Shown here piece after piece: positions 60,258 to 64,000 of a stretch of 64,000 nucleotides of DNA (position 1 is the first letter of the stretch; every line of letters starts with the position of its first letter). This stretch comes from Veleropilina oligotropha (taxonomy: Eukaryota). The notes under the pieces were generated by a model. The model made no database searches. It saw nothing but the letters and a program-made list of their open reading frames with translations, and had not been told where the DNA came from. Made by a program: the position numbers and the translations under genes. The DNA lies in assembly GCA_048128005.1 (NCBI GenBank), contig JBEUKZ010000073.1, positions 1 to 64,000 on the forward strand, read 5' to 3'.

Positions 60258-60606
60258 TAATAATAACGATATTTGCAAAGTGTGATTCATAATTAGATTG
60301 GTAAATGTGTGCATTCAGTATACACCAATTATCGGTCAACAATAGTATCCATCCTTCTTTTATTTATTCATTTGAACCTATATCACTTGCATAATTTTAT
60401 ATCCATATTATGTATTTTGTACACCACTTCTGTTACTTTGTGCATATTCCAACGGCGCGATGATTCCTATAGGCTTTGTCCTGTTTTCAAATCGCCATAC
60501 TGTTAATATAGTTATACTTCAGTTATATATTATCCTCTGTAATAACTTAAATGTTATCTACTTTGTATACATATCTGCATTTGTAGTTACAATAAAATAC
60601 CTTTAA

Positions 60607-64000
<3,394 letters not shown>

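Larger units (their letters stand above)
55278..60606 (+). mobile_element. Full-length CR1/L2-group LINE inserted in (TA)n
   Basis: ORF1 and ORF2; 3' UTR with AATAAA at 60591; TA repeats on both sides. Confidence 0.92.

Overview
This is repeat-dense animal (probably invertebrate) genomic DNA made almost entirely of nested mobile elements and (TA)n-type microsatellites; no intact host gene is evident. (1) 1-7007 is the right end of a GC-rich Polinton/adintovirus-like element. It carries an rve integrase and an uninterrupted 1282-aa protein joining an OTU-like Cys/His module, a B-family polymerase core, an SF1 helicase and an HNH domain. (2) 18358-34843 is a four-level nest. An I-group (Nimb-like) LINE with an HDV-like ribozyme at its 5' end is split by a full-length related LINE, which is split by a Gypsy element (-1 frameshift signal, extra zinc-finger ORF, odd LTR-I-LTR-partial I layout). 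The second LINE family has a different ~76-nt pseudoknot at the position where the first has its HDV ribozyme; this is a candidate new self-cleaving or 5'-end RNA motif. (3) The rest includes degenerate ZFR-like exons, Polinton, Crypton and Harbinger remnants, non-autonomous Helitron and Helentron copies, a tRNA SINE, a near-intact CR1/L2 LINE with a 2A-like motif, a 1717-bp tandem duplication, and a ~9.3-kb-offset duplication that may be an assembly artefact. All assignments come from reading motifs by eye; no database search was run.
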